From: Thermofilaceae archaeon
Lineage (GTDB): Archaea; Thermoproteota; Thermoprotei; Thermofilales; Thermofilaceae
Direction of reading: 5' to 3'
Assembly: GCA_025057995.1 (NCBI GenBank)
Contig: JANXEW010000004.1
Coordinates: forward strand, 24,801-88,800
DNA length: 64,000 nucleotides
Made by a program: the position numbers and the translations under genes. The notes below the pieces were generated by a model that was given only the letters and a program-made list of their open reading frames with translations, had not been told where the DNA came from and made no database searches. Shown in pieces: positions 7,711-17,789 of the stretch. How positions within the stretch are numbered: the stretch's first letter is position 1; every line of letters begins with the position of its first letter.

Positions 7711-10608
7711 TCAGTCGAATGTTATCCTGAAAGCGTGCCCGTTTAACGCTAGCTCAATGATCCTGCCTACGGCATCCTCTTTCTTCACTCGCAGTACAGC
7801 TGACCTCACCTCCTGCGGAGGTACCTCTATCGGGTACTCGTCTACCAGCGTACCGTCTAGAAATAACGCAATTCGAGCTAAGTCGGCGACGTCACCATCG
7901 TTCCTAACCCGCGCTTTCAGGTTGACGTACCCTCCGGCTTGTTCAACCTCTACACCGAGCATGTTGAAACAAGCCTTAAACCACCTTCCCACTTCGAAGT
8001 CCCCCTGGAGCCTAATGTCTTCAGCAGAACTACCGACCATGACGGTGAACTTACCCGGCTCTACGACCCTCCTCAACTCTCTATCGTACATGGCCAAGTC
8101 ATCCGGAGTCAAGGTAAAGACTACTTCAGTCTCATCCCCAGGCTTCAAAGCTACGCGTTTAAAACGCTTAAGCTCCTTGATCGGCCTAGCTACACTCGAC
8201 ACTTGATCCCTTAAGTAGAGCTGAACAACCTCTTCCCCTTCGACACCTCCTGTATTTTTTACCGTGAAGCTGACTTTAATCCTCTTTCCTTCCTCTTCTG
8301 TTTCAACTTTCAGGTTGCTGTATTCGAACTTTGTGTAGCTTAACCCGTGTCCGAATGGGAATAGTGGTGCTCCAGTCATGTTTACGTAGTCGTACACTCT
8401 ACCGGAAGGCTTGTAGTTGTAGTAGAGTGGTAGTTGACCCTCATGGTGAGGCCAAGTGAAAGGCAGCCTACCAGCAGGATTATAATCGCCGAAAAGCACG
8501 TCAACAACAGCCAAACCACCCAACTCACCAGGATACCAAGCTTGAACTAAACAAGGAACCTTGTAAACCCAATCACCTACTACAGGTACTCCCGTCATGA
8601 GGACTACGATAAGCTTCTGGTTCGCGGCTAGAAGCCTCTCGATCAACTTCTCCTGCGATGCTGGGAGCCTGAGGGAAGCCCTATCCTTCTCCTCGCCTTC
8701 TATCACTTCAGCGAAGAAGATCACTGCGTCAGCCTCACTAGCTAATTCCACAGCTTTCCTCATCTCTTCAGATTCTACAAGATCCCAACCAAGCCTCACA
8801 GCTGCGTAACCGCGCGTCCTCGAGTACTCTACGACTAGGTCGTGTTCTTCCCTCACCAAGTCGATCTCCACGACCTTCTGTAGGCTTCTTCCCGTCGCAT
8901 CCACCTCAGCTAATACTTGAGAATCCAAGATCAACCTCGCTCTACCCCCCGCAACGCTGAGGCAGAGCTTATACCTACCCTGCTTAGGGGGAAGTAGACG
9001 CCCTGAGAACCGAACAGAATAGTTGTCAGACATCACTGAAGCGTGCGGTTTCCTATAACCGAGCTCATACCTGAAACCACCCCAGTATAGTCCAACGTAG
9101 TCAACCACAGGCTTCCCCTCGAAGTTCGGGTTGTCAAATACTTCGATGCGGACACCGTCGCCCTCCACGCCTCTGGGAGGAGCTATGTAGTTTAACCGAA
9201 CGCCGGGAAGCCAGTTGTGTAAGCCGCTCGAGCATTCAAGCCCTATGGGCACCGCTTCAACGTAATCAAGTTTCACGCCACAATCCTTTACTTTATCAGC
9301 TATAGCCTCTAACGGGGTAACCGTGGAGCGAGGAGTTCCGCTGTAGCCTCCGAGCTTTAAGTGTTTTGCAGCACCTCCAACCACTAGGAGCCTCCGCAAC
9401 TTTCTCCTATCTAGCGGTAGCACGCTATCGTTCTTGAGGAGGACTATAGCTTTCCTCGCCGCCTCTAGGGCGAGCTTTTTGTGTTCTTCGCAGCCCACTA
9501 TTTTCTCCGCTTCATCTGGATCGATGAAGGGGTTATCGAAGAGGCCTATCGTGAACTTAACGAATAGAACGCGCCGGACAGCCTCGTCAATGACTTCAGC
9601 AGCTATCAACCCTTCCTTAACAGCTTTCTCAAGTGCTTCACCGTAAACGTCGACCCTCGGGAGCTCAACCTCGAGACCGGCTTCGAGAGCGAGCTTTGCA
9701 GCCATCTCCTTTAGATCGGTAGCATAGTGATGAGTAATGATACCACTCACTGAACCGTAGTCGGAGACGACGAAGCCTCGGAAACCCCACTTTCGCCTGA
9801 GCACATCCGTGAGAAGCCAACGGTTACTAGAGCAAGGTACTCCGTCAAGGGAGTTGTACGCAGCCATTATGGAGAGAGCCCCAGCTTTTACGCACGCGCG
9901 GAAGGGAGGGAAGAAGATCTCCCTTAGGATCCTCTCGGAGAGGTCTACAGAGAAACTATCGCGACCTCCTTCAGCTTCAAAGTTTACGACGAAGTGCTTG
10001 GGTGTGGCGATAACCCCTTCTTCGCGAAGTGCCTTGCAGAAAGCTTCACCCATGATCGAAGCTAGGTAGGGATCCTCGCCGTACGTTTCCTCAGTCCTTC
10101 CAGCCCTGACGTCTCTGGCTAGGTTGACCACAGGGGAGAGACACTGGTGTATACCCCTAGCCCTCGTCTCCCTAGCTATCGCTTTCGCTACCCTATACAC
10201 TAGATCAGGATCCCAAGTCGCTGCTAAAGCTATAGCTTGAGGAAATTGAGTTGAAAACATGGCCATACAACCGTGGAGGCATTCGTCGTGGATGATCACA
10301 GGGATGCCTAGCCTCGTCCCTTCTATCATCTTCCTTTGAATTTCGTTAGCTAGTTTAGCTCCATCCTTCGGGGGCATGGCTCTAAGGATGATAGATAGGT
10401 TCCCAACTTCACCGAATTCAAAGCTGGAGCGCAGCTGTGCGAGTTTCTCCTCCAATGTCATCAAGCTAAGTAGATCCTCCACTCTCTCCTCAACAGGCTT
10501 CGAAGGATCCTCGTAGGGATCCATGACGCCGTTCTTATTGAAATCGATCCAGCCGTCCTTGTAGATGCCGACGGACTCTGCGCCTTCAGGAATGAAAAAC
10601 CGCCGCAC
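7711..10608 (-). CDS. GH3 beta-glucosidase/beta-xylosidase with an inserted PA14 domain and a C-terminal beta-sandwich extension
   Basis: GH3 blocks: LGIPVIIHDECLHG, KHFVVN, and the nucleophile region GFRGFVVSDYGS. PA14-like insert: RIEVFDNPNFEGKPV...YSVRFSGRLLPPKQGRYKL. Fn3-like block: FPFGHGLSYTKFEYS. GTG start at 10608. Confidence 0.9.
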   Translation of the reverse strand: MRRFFIPEGAESVGIYKDGWIDFNKNGVMDPYEDPSKPVEERVEDLLSLMTLEEKLAQLRSSFEFGEVGNLSIILRAMPPKDGAKLANEIQRKMIEGTRLGIPVIIHDECLHGCMAMFSTQFPQAIALAATWDPDLVYRVAKAIARETRARGIHQCLSPVVNLARDVRAGRTEETYGEDPYLASIMGEAFCKALREEGVIATPKHFVVNFEAEGGRDSFSVDLSERILREIFFPPFRACVKAGALSIMAAYNSLDGVPCSSNRWLLTDVLRRKWGFRGFVVSDYGSVSGIITHHYATDLKEMAAKLALEAGLEVELPRVDVYGEALEKAVKEGLIAAEVIDEAVRRVLFVKFTIGLFDNPFIDPDEAEKIVGCEEHKKLALEAARKAIVLLKNDSVLPLDRRKLRRLLVVGGAAKHLKLGGYSGTPRSTVTPLEAIADKVKDCGVKLDYVEAVPIGLECSSGLHNWLPGVRLNYIAPPRGVEGDGVRIEVFDNPNFEGKPVVDYVGLYWGGFRYELGYRKPHASVMSDNYSVRFSGRLLPPKQGRYKLCLSVAGGRARLILDSQVLAEVDATGRSLQKVVEIDLVREEHDLVVEYSRTRGYAAVRLGWDLVESEEMRKAVELASEADAVIFFAEVIEGEEKDRASLRLPASQEKLIERLLAANQKLIVVLMTGVPVVGDWVYKVPCLVQAWYPGELGGLAVVDVLFGDYNPAGRLPFTWPHHEGQLPLYYNYKPSGRVYDYVNMTGAPLFPFGHGLSYTKFEYSNLKVETEEEGKRIKVSFTVKNTGGVEGEEVVQLYLRDQVSSVARPIKELKRFKRVALKPGDETEVVFTLTPDDLAMYDRELRRVVEPGKFTVMVGSSAEDIRLQGDFEVGRWFKACFNMLGVEVEQAGGYVNLKARVRNDGDVADLARIALFLDGTLVDEYPIEVPPQEVRSAVLRVKKEDAVGRIIELALNGHAFRITFD

Positions 10609-10782
10609 GTTAAAAGCGGGGGCGCGGCGTAAAAATCTTTAGCGGTTACCTTAACTAAAGTCGTCTCCGATAGTTTCATCTTCTAGAGAAACGCGTAAGT
10701 TTATCCCCGGCATCATAAACCCGGTAGCGCGGTAGAACTTAGGTTAAATAGGCTTAAGCTTTTTACAACAGTGGTTTAGCGT

Positions 10783-11235
10783 ATGACAGGCCCGGGGGAG
10801 GGTAAGATTCCCCTTGAAGCTAAGGTTCGACTCGGCTCAAAGTATATCGTCTGCGACGTCTACCTTCACGTTAAAGGATACTCGATGGCACGTGTTACAC
10901 ATGTAGACCTTGAAAGCGACGAGTTGAACACTGTGATACCTCCGAGGGCGTCAACGTACGCCAAGTTGTACTCAACTGACACGTCGATACGACTGCTCTT
11001 TAAGGAACCGTTGATACAGGAAGGACCTAGCGTAGTCCGCGAGTTAGTAATCTACTGCCCTGAGCTGGCTAAGACGTTGGGCTCGGTGCGAGACACGGTC
11101 TACGTGGGCGGTAAGGAGGGAGGGATCTTCCTGGGCTTCAGACGCGAGCAGATCAGTAAGCTGGAGAGACTTGCTGTACAGCTCGGTGTACCCCCGGTTA
11201 AGAGTAACCGTATTTTACCAGAGGAGAACCGTTGA
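10783..11235 (+). CDS. hypothetical protein, probably co-transcribed with the downstream sugar kinase
   Basis: 150-aa ORF with a 3-nt gap to the kinase gene. No motif recognised. Confidence 0.45.
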   Translation: MTGPGEGKIPLEAKVRLGSKYIVCDVYLHVKGYSMARVTHVDLESDELNTVIPPRASTYAKLYSTDTSIRLLFKEPLIQEGPSVVRELVIYCPELAKTLGSVRDTVYVGGKEGGIFLGFRREQISKLERLAVQLGVPPVKSNRILPEENR

Positions 11236-11238
11236 TCT

Positions 11239-12732
11239 GTGAGCGTAGCGTTGGTATTCGACTGTGGTTCCACCAACATCAGGGTCGCAGCCGTCGATGA
11301 ATCAGGAGAAATCCTGGCTCAAGCGAGCGCGCCAAACGGTCCAATCCCCCAGCCCGGGTCTGAGGGATGGTTAGTCTGGGACGTAGATGGGATTTGGTTG
11401 ACTCTCTGTAGGCTTTCGCGAGAGGTTCTAAAACAGGTTGGTTCAGAGAACGTCGCTGCGGTCTCCGTTACGACTTGGGGAGCGGACGGGGCCCTCATAA
11501 AACGCGATGGGAGCCTCGCCTACCCAGCGATCTCATGGCAGTGCCAGCGAACTCGCGAGGTCGTCCACGAGGTTCTAGAACTCATCGATCCTAGGAAGAT
11601 ATTCAGGATCACCGGCTACCAAGTCATCCACTTTAATACGCTGTTTAAATGGTTCTGGATTAAGAGAAATGTTCCCGAGGCTTTTAAACAGGCGTATACG
11701 TGGCTTATGATGCCCGGAGTGGTCGCCGTAAGGTTATGTGGAGTGCACCACGTGGACCCTACGAGCGCTTCAACGACCATGGCCATGAACATGGGGAAGA
11801 GAGATTGGAGCGAGGAGATGCTCGCGCTTGCAGGTTTAGATCCAGGGTTTTTCCCCGAGTGGATTGAACCCGGCGAGGTCGTCGGCTACGTATCGGAGAA
11901 GGCGTCCCGCGAGACAGGTATCAACGCTGGCACTCCCGTAGTCTCAGCAGGCCACGACACGCAGTTCGCGATTCTAGCCGCACACGCTCAAGAGGGGGAA
12001 GCTGTCCTATCTAGTGGAACCTGGGAGATACTGGCTTTGCGCCTCAACCGTTTCGACCCCAACGATGATGCTCTAGAGTTGGGTGTACTAATAGAAGCCG
12101 ACGTGGAGAAAGGTAAGTGGAACCCGCAACTACTAATGATTGCTTCAGCTGTCCTAGAGTGGCTTAAAAGACTAGTATACCCTGAGTTAACGCCGGGCGA
12201 TTACGGGAAGATGGTCGAAGAGGCGGAATCGATTGAACCAGGATCGGGAGGCTTACTCTTCGTCCCCAGCTTCGTCCCCGACTCAGGTCCCCTGGCTAAG
12301 TATGGAGTGAAGGGGGTTATAGAAGGTTTACAACTTGGGACGAGTAGAGGCCACTTGTACAGGTCTGCGCTAGAAGGGCTTTCAATGCAGCTCCGCTTAG
12401 CTCTTGAGTCGCTAGAGAGGGCTTACAAGTTCAAAGCTAGGGGTGTTAGAGTGGTAGGCGGCGGCTCGAGAAATGACCTGTGGAACAGGATTAGGGCGGG
12501 CGTATTAGGGCTTTCAGTCTCCGCCCCGAGGTGGAGTGAAGCTACCGTCATTGGAGCTGCGATTGCCGCATTTAAGGGAGCAGGGGTCTACAGGAGTTTT
12601 GAGGAAGGGTTAAGAAACGTGAGTTACGATTTGAGAATATTCGAGCCGAAGTTCACTAATAGGTATGATGTAATGTACAGGTACTTCATAGCTACTGTAG
12701 AATCTCTCTCGCAGGCTATGCGGAGAGTTTAA
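11239..12732 (+). CDS. FGGY-family carbohydrate kinase (fuculokinase/rhamnulokinase/xylulokinase-like)
   Basis: N-terminal actin-fold motif LVFDCGSTNIRVAAVD, plus GHDTQFA and the FGGY C-terminal signature VVGGGSRNDLWNRIRA. Confidence 0.85.
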   Translation: MSVALVFDCGSTNIRVAAVDESGEILAQASAPNGPIPQPGSEGWLVWDVDGIWLTLCRLSREVLKQVGSENVAAVSVTTWGADGALIKRDGSLAYPAISWQCQRTREVVHEVLELIDPRKIFRITGYQVIHFNTLFKWFWIKRNVPEAFKQAYTWLMMPGVVAVRLCGVHHVDPTSASTTMAMNMGKRDWSEEMLALAGLDPGFFPEWIEPGEVVGYVSEKASRETGINAGTPVVSAGHDTQFAILAAHAQEGEAVLSSGTWEILALRLNRFDPNDDALELGVLIEADVEKGKWNPQLLMIASAVLEWLKRLVYPELTPGDYGKMVEEAESIEPGSGGLLFVPSFVPDSGPLAKYGVKGVIEGLQLGTSRGHLYRSALEGLSMQLRLALESLERAYKFKARGVRVVGGGSRNDLWNRIRAGVLGLSVSAPRWSEATVIGAAIAAFKGAGVYRSFEEGLRNVSYDLRIFEPKFTNRYDVMYRYFIATVESLSQAMRRV

Positions 12733-13269
12733 CAGAAAATAATTAGGATTTGATCGAGTGAAGCGTTTAGATTTAAGCCGTATCCCGTTGAACGGTTTAT
12801 CCGCAGGAGAGGGTAGAACAGATACCGTGAATTAACCCCGTCAATGGTTGCGTGTACATCTTCCGTCATCGCCCCTAAATCTCAAGAGCTCGACGTCTAT
12901 ATATTTGGCGTAGAAGTACGTGACGATACTGTATCGGTTTGAGTAATGTATTGTGCTTAAACCCCTACAGGTATTCATGGTCATCGGAACAGACGATGAC
13001 TAAGAGCATTCGTAGAACAGCTGGTTTTGACTAGGAGGGCTACTGCCGACACTAACGTAGATCGTGGAGATAAAGCAGAACATTGAAAAGAAGAAAAGAT
13101 CATCTTGAGGTCACGCTTCCACATCAGTGGGACAATCGTGAAAAGCTGCGTCTGCAGGCGCTTTTTAGATCCCACCGTTAACGTATTGGAGAAAGCCGCT
13201 CACCTAGACTCTTGCAGCTCTATAATCGCCTAAGCGGTTCTAAAACTGTAGCGTGATTTTAATGAAGCC

Positions 13270-14106
13270 CTAGCGCTCCATCGCCATCGCTGCCAACGCC
13301 CAAAGTTCCACGAGCTTGTAAGCTTCGACAATGTCTCGGGCTGTATACTCTACGGTAAGCGGTGCTGTTCTCCGAGTCTTTGGCACAAGGCTAGCTACTT
13401 CAGCGTAGGAAGTCGAGTTGAAGATTGCGCGCAGCTCAAGAGGTTCCCTAGCGGTGAGCGGTTTAGCTTCACCGGCTTTTAATCTTCTAACAGCTTCTGT
13501 TACGCTCTCCTTAAGCAGTAGTTTAACCCGTTCTAGACTTGGACTTCTAGCTGAGAAGCGACTCAAGCTGGTCTTGAGCGGTACTCTAACCGCCCACGGC
13601 GCATGCTTAGCTACGTCGTCTTCAAGCAGCTTAACGTCGCCCGCCACTAAGATTACGGGTTTACCGTAAAAGCCAGCAACGTACGCGTTAAGGAGGAACT
13701 CGCTAACTTCTACCTCGTTGATATGGATGGAGCGGTAAACTCTACCACTATACGTGTGATCGAAAGCAGAACCTTCTGTGCCGAACTTCGCGTGGTAACC
13801 TACGAAGAGCACCGCTTCAGCCTCTTCTACGCATGCCACCATGCTCGTAGGTCTTGGGAAGCCTCTGATGACTTCAACGTACTCCGGCAGCTTCTCAACG
13901 TCTAGATTCACCATTTCGCCATGACTGTCCGCCACTAGTACTTCAGAGAAACCTTGCTTGTGAAGCTCCTCAGCAAGCGTCGACACAATCGTGGTTGATA
14001 TCCTCCTAGTCTCATCGAAGAAGGGTCTGCCCGGAGAGAGATGGTCTCTAGAAACGATGAAAGGCATGCCTTCTACGTCCACTGAAATATAGGCCTTCAT
14101 CAACAT
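13270..14106 (-). CDS. peptidase M55 family (DppA-type D-aminopeptidase)
   Basis: MKAYISVDVEGMP N-terminus, with ADSHGEM and VGYHAKFGT blocks typical of M55. Confidence 0.7.
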   Translation of the reverse strand: MLMKAYISVDVEGMPFIVSRDHLSPGRPFFDETRRISTTIVSTLAEELHKQGFSEVLVADSHGEMVNLDVEKLPEYVEVIRGFPRPTSMVACVEEAEAVLFVGYHAKFGTEGSAFDHTYSGRVYRSIHINEVEVSEFLLNAYVAGFYGKPVILVAGDVKLLEDDVAKHAPWAVRVPLKTSLSRFSARSPSLERVKLLLKESVTEAVRRLKAGEAKPLTAREPLELRAIFNSTSYAEVASLVPKTRRTAPLTVEYTARDIVEAYKLVELWALAAMAMER

Positions 14107-14244
14107 ACCATCTTACGGGTGGCCAAATAAGCTTACGCTATTCAGGTTTATCGTAACACATCGTGAATCGAAAGGTGGTTGTAGAGAGTCAGCTAACATC
14201 GCTCAGCCGACAAGCCATAAATACCTGAAAGACTAGAAGCCTTC

Positions 14245-14745
14245 ATGGAGCAGAACATCCTGATCGCCTACTACTCTTGGTCAGGGAACACACGCAGCCT
14301 CGCTGAAGTGATACACCGGTTCGTCAAAGGTGTCCTCTTCGAGATCGAGCCCCAGACACCTTACCCTAGCTCATACGACGAAACCGTGAAGCAGGCCAGA
14401 GAAGAGATCCGGAAGGGGTTTAAACCAGCGTTGAAGTCTAAACTGGAAACGGTTGAACCCTACAAGATTATCTTCATCGGTAGCCCCAACTGGTGGGGGA
14501 CTGTAGCACCGCCTGTGGCTAGTTTCCTAAGCATGTATGATCTCTCAGGTAAAGTGATAGCGCCCTTCTTCACTCACGGGGGAGGAGGTCTACAGCGTAT
14601 GCTGACAGCAGTCAAACAACTCTGTCCTAAATCAATCGTGCTCGAGCCACTCGTCGTCTACGAAGAGGGTGTGCACACAGCTGAAACGAGCGTGTCCGCT
14701 TGGTTGAAGAGGATTAACATTGAAAGGTACTTTGGCAACCCGTAG
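14245..14745 (+). CDS. flavodoxin-like protein
   Basis: ILIAYYSWSGNTRSLAE FMN-binding-loop-like start. Length of 166 aa is typical of short flavodoxin-fold proteins. Confidence 0.65.
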   Translation: MEQNILIAYYSWSGNTRSLAEVIHRFVKGVLFEIEPQTPYPSSYDETVKQAREEIRKGFKPALKSKLETVEPYKIIFIGSPNWWGTVAPPVASFLSMYDLSGKVIAPFFTHGGGGLQRMLTAVKQLCPKSIVLEPLVVYEEGVHTAETSVSAWLKRINIERYFGNP

Positions 14746-14754
14746 GTCAGATTA

Positions 14755-15657
14755 GTGCCTCGACTCAGGGCTTGGGAAGGGTACAGTCTCGAGATAACGT
14801 TAGCCCCATCTTTCATAAGGGCCCTTTTCGAGAAAAGAGGCTCATCCTACGTGAAGATCGCTGGAAGAAGCAGAGAAGCCGTCATATATCAAGAGGATGA
14901 GTGGGTAGTCTGCGAAGGTTGTAGTGGAGAAGAGCTATCTTTCTGGAGTGGGCTATGGCTAGACCGGGGGCTTGTTGAAGAAAGAGCTCCGCTCCTAGCG
15001 AAAGCTCAGAAGGGCTTAGGGCTCTCCGTTGACCCTTTCGACCGACATTTGATCTTCACGGCTGTGTTCCTGAGCAGAGCGACGAATTGGGAGGGAAACG
15101 TGTTGAAGTGGTGTAGAAGCATTTTCTCGAGAGCTGAGACGTTGGATGACTTGTTTGAATTCGACTTTTCCAGATTGGAGAGAAGCTTCCAACTCACCCA
15201 ACTCAAGAGAGCATTAATGAGTTATGCGGAAGTTGCCGACTTTAGGGATGTTTGGGAGGCAAGGAGAAGGCTTCTAAATATAAAGAACGTGGGACCGAAG
15301 CTCGCTGACGCTTACTTAATCTTCTCCGGTTTAGACTCAAACGCCGCTCCCATCGACAGGCATGCACTACGCATGGCTTCTAGACTCGGAATAACTGGGA
15401 AACCCCCGAGAAAGAGTTTCTGCCTTAGATACCCTTGCCCTAGCTGTCCGCTATCCGAGCAATGTCTTAGATCGCGTTTAGCAAAGCTCTACCATCCGGT
15501 TGCCGGATGGGTTCAGACAGCGTTCTACCTTCACGATAAAACCTTCTGCTCGACTAGAGCTTGCTCTAGCTGTCCGCTCTCCAGCTCCTGTAAAACAATA
15601 TCAACTACCTCCGTCTCTACTGACACGCGATGGAGAGGAGAGGCTACGACCCCTTGA
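14755..15657 (+). CDS. HhH-GPD superfamily DNA glycosylase/lyase with two C-terminal Cys4 motifs
   Basis: Helix-hairpin-helix IKNVGPKLADAYLIF followed by PIDRH (Lys plus Asp, consistent with a bifunctional glycosylase). Two copies of a C-x4-C-x2-C-x5-C motif: CLRYPCPSCPLSEQC and CSTRACSSCPLSSSC. Confidence 0.65.
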   Translation: MPRLRAWEGYSLEITLAPSFIRALFEKRGSSYVKIAGRSREAVIYQEDEWVVCEGCSGEELSFWSGLWLDRGLVEERAPLLAKAQKGLGLSVDPFDRHLIFTAVFLSRATNWEGNVLKWCRSIFSRAETLDDLFEFDFSRLERSFQLTQLKRALMSYAEVADFRDVWEARRRLLNIKNVGPKLADAYLIFSGLDSNAAPIDRHALRMASRLGITGKPPRKSFCLRYPCPSCPLSEQCLRSRLAKLYHPVAGWVQTAFYLHDKTFCSTRACSSCPLSSSCKTISTTSVSTDTRWRGEATTP

Positions 15658-16394
15658 AGACTTCAGAAGTGCTTAGAAACATCGTTTGTATAGAGAATCG
15701 ACGAAGGTACTACAGGTTTCGAGGAGGACGCTGGTACGGCGGGATAGCTACCGCGGACTGCGTAGGCTGTAACTTGCGCTGTGTCTTCTGCTGGGGTTGG
15801 CAGGTTCGCGATAAACCCCGTAGCGTAGGACGGTTCTACACTCCTCAAGAAGTTTCTAGGAACCTTCTTCAAATAGCTGAGCGCAAAGGTTACACACAGG
15901 TTAGGATCAGCGGCAACGAGCCTACGCTTTCATGGGGGCATCTGCTGGAGGTGATCGGTCAAATTGAAGCTGCTAACTTAAGCTTTATTCTAGAGACGAA
16001 TGGTATATTGATAGGCAGCGATAAAAGCTACGCGAGGGATTTATCCAAGTTTTCTAACCTCCACGTTAGAGTTTCGATAAAAGGAACTAGCCCTCAGGAG
16101 TTCCACGTGCTCACCGGCGCCGTGCCTGAAGCTTTCTACTTTCAACTTAAGGCTCTCGAAAACCTTCTCGACTACAATGTGACAGCCCATCCGGCTGTAA
16201 TGGTCTCTTTCACTGAACCTGGAAACGTTGAACGTTTGAAATCCATGCTCGCCGACATTGATAAAACTCTAGTCGCCGAGTTTGAAGAAGAGTACGTTTT
16301 CCTGTACCCTCACGTAGTTAAACAATTGACGAAAGCAGGGATTCGGCCTAGGAAAGCTTACGCGCCTGATAACATACCGGAGGAACTAGTGTAG
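15630..16394 (+). CDS. radical SAM protein
   Basis: CVGCNLRCVFCWG matches the CxxxCxxC radical SAM cluster motif. The GNEPTL glycine-rich SAM motif is present. The 5' end overlaps the upstream gene by 28 nt. Confidence 0.8.
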   Translation: MERRGYDPLKTSEVLRNIVCIENRRRYYRFRGGRWYGGIATADCVGCNLRCVFCWGWQVRDKPRSVGRFYTPQEVSRNLLQIAERKGYTQVRISGNEPTLSWGHLLEVIGQIEAANLSFILETNGILIGSDKSYARDLSKFSNLHVRVSIKGTSPQEFHVLTGAVPEAFYFQLKALENLLDYNVTAHPAVMVSFTEPGNVERLKSMLADIDKTLVAEFEEEYVFLYPHVVKQLTKAGIRPRKAYAPDNIPEELV

Positions 16395-16493
16395 AATAAC
16401 GAGAAGAGAGTTATTACGCGCTTGAAACGTTTTCTTTCCGACACTTTAGTTAATCGTCAAACGACAATGTTTATTTAGCCAAAAAATGAAAGC

Positions 16494-17789
16494 GTGTGCA
16501 TTATGGGAAACCTTCCCACGTACGAAGCATTGGAGAAGAAAGCACGAGAAAGCAAGTTCCTCAACGAGCCTCACGTGAAGAAGTTGATGGAACTGGCGCA
16601 AGATAAAAGCCTTTTCGAGAAATCGCCTGAGCATCTCTCAAAAATAAGGAGGGATTTGCTGAGGAGCTCACTGGATTTCTTCGCTAGAAACTACGAGTTC
16701 TACGAGAAGCTTCTGGAGACTCATGACATTGACCCGAAAGCGGCTGATTTCGAAGATCTTGCCAAGCTGGCTGTTCCATCTGACATGTTGAGAGGTGAAG
16801 GTTACGCTAGGTTCCTTATACCCAACAGGGATGGAGACGGTTTTACATTCCGATCAAGCGGCACAAGCGGTAAGGAGCCGGTAAAGATCTACAGAAGCCC
16901 GCTCGAGCTAGTTATGATGACCGTAGCTAACGCCAACCTCTTCGAGTACGTTTACGGAAGGGGTCTCGAGCCGGGCAAGGGTCTAGCCCTCTTCCTAGCA
17001 GCTGAGGAGCTGAAGAACCACTTGAACTTCGTAGCTTTCGTCGACCTAGCTCTACAGTACAAGAAGATAAAGCTGCTTTATGGAATGGATCTCGTCCAAG
17101 ACACTAGCGGAACCCCGATGTGGAAAAGACTGGTCCCCAACAGGGAGAGAATACTTCAGTTTATCAAGAGTAAGGATGAACCTAAGCTCTTCTTCTCAGC
17201 TCCAGCTGGCGTACACCTCTTATCGAAACAATTTAGTAGCTTAAACTTCTTCAAGAAAATGGTCTACAAGCTCGTCGCCGGGGCTCCGCCAATAAACTTA
17301 GGGAGGGGGGGTGTAATAGTGACCGGAGGCGGCGCTAAAGGCTTCGAAGTCCCCGAGTATGGTGTGATAGTTGAAGAGGCGAGGAAAGTCTTCAGGGCGG
17401 AGGACGCGTCAACGGGAGAAGAGGTTCCAGTTCCCTTTATGGATGTGTTAGGCATGACTGAAACTTTGACGGCGTTGCTAGACAAGTACGGTGTAATGCA
17501 TAAGATACCTCACCCGCTACAGGAGGTTTTCCTACTAGACCCTAAGACTTACAAGCCCATGAATGAGTTCAATAAGGACGGGCTCATAGCTATATTCGAC
17601 CCACTTGCCTTATCCTGGCTGGAGGTGTTCATCCCCGGCGACGTCGTAAGACAAATCCCGTCTGAGAAGTATTACGGTAGGGAGTTTATCTACGTGAGGA
17701 GGCTTACAGCGGAGGAAGGGTGGGATCTTCAAAGAGCGTGCGGAGGTACGCTTGAGGAACTGATGTATAAGGGTGCCCCCATGCGATGA
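16494..17789 (+). CDS. LuxE-like acyl-protein synthetase / adenylate-forming enzyme
   Basis: FRSSGTSGKEPVKIYRS (AMP-forming P-loop-like SSGTSG motif). The size and C-terminal layout resemble the LuxE/PaaK-type ANL subfamily. The true start may be the ATG at 16503 (MGNLPTYE), about 25 nt downstream of the TATA-like GTTTATTTAG. Confidence 0.65.
   Translation: MCIMGNLPTYEALEKKARESKFLNEPHVKKLMELAQDKSLFEKSPEHLSKIRRDLLRSSLDFFARNYEFYEKLLETHDIDPKAADFEDLAKLAVPSDMLRGEGYARFLIPNRDGDGFTFRSSGTSGKEPVKIYRSPLELVMMTVANANLFEYVYGRGLEPGKGLALFLAAEELKNHLNFVAFVDLALQYKKIKLLYGMDLVQDTSGTPMWKRLVPNRERILQFIKSKDEPKLFFSAPAGVHLLSKQFSSLNFFKKMVYKLVAGAPPINLGRGGVIVTGGGAKGFEVPEYGVIVEEARKVFRAEDASTGEEVPVPFMDVLGMTETLTALLDKYGVMHKIPHPLQEVFLLDPKTYKPMNEFNKDGLIAIFDPLALSWLEVFIPGDVVRQIPSEKYYGREFIYVRRLTAEEGWDLQRACGGTLEELMYKGAPMR

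Noticed and set aside
7757-10069. Several 70-149-aa plus-strand ORFs (7757..8206, 7939..8214, 8597..8809, 9434..9646, 9809..10069)
   Set aside because: All are embedded antisense in the 965-aa GH3 gene. They have low-complexity Ser/Thr/Ala/Arg composition.
16396-16416. Hairpin AATAAC-N9-GTTATT right after the radical SAM stop, considered as a terminator
   Set aside because: It is only a 6-bp A/T-rich stem with no following T-tract, so it is indistinguishable from chance.
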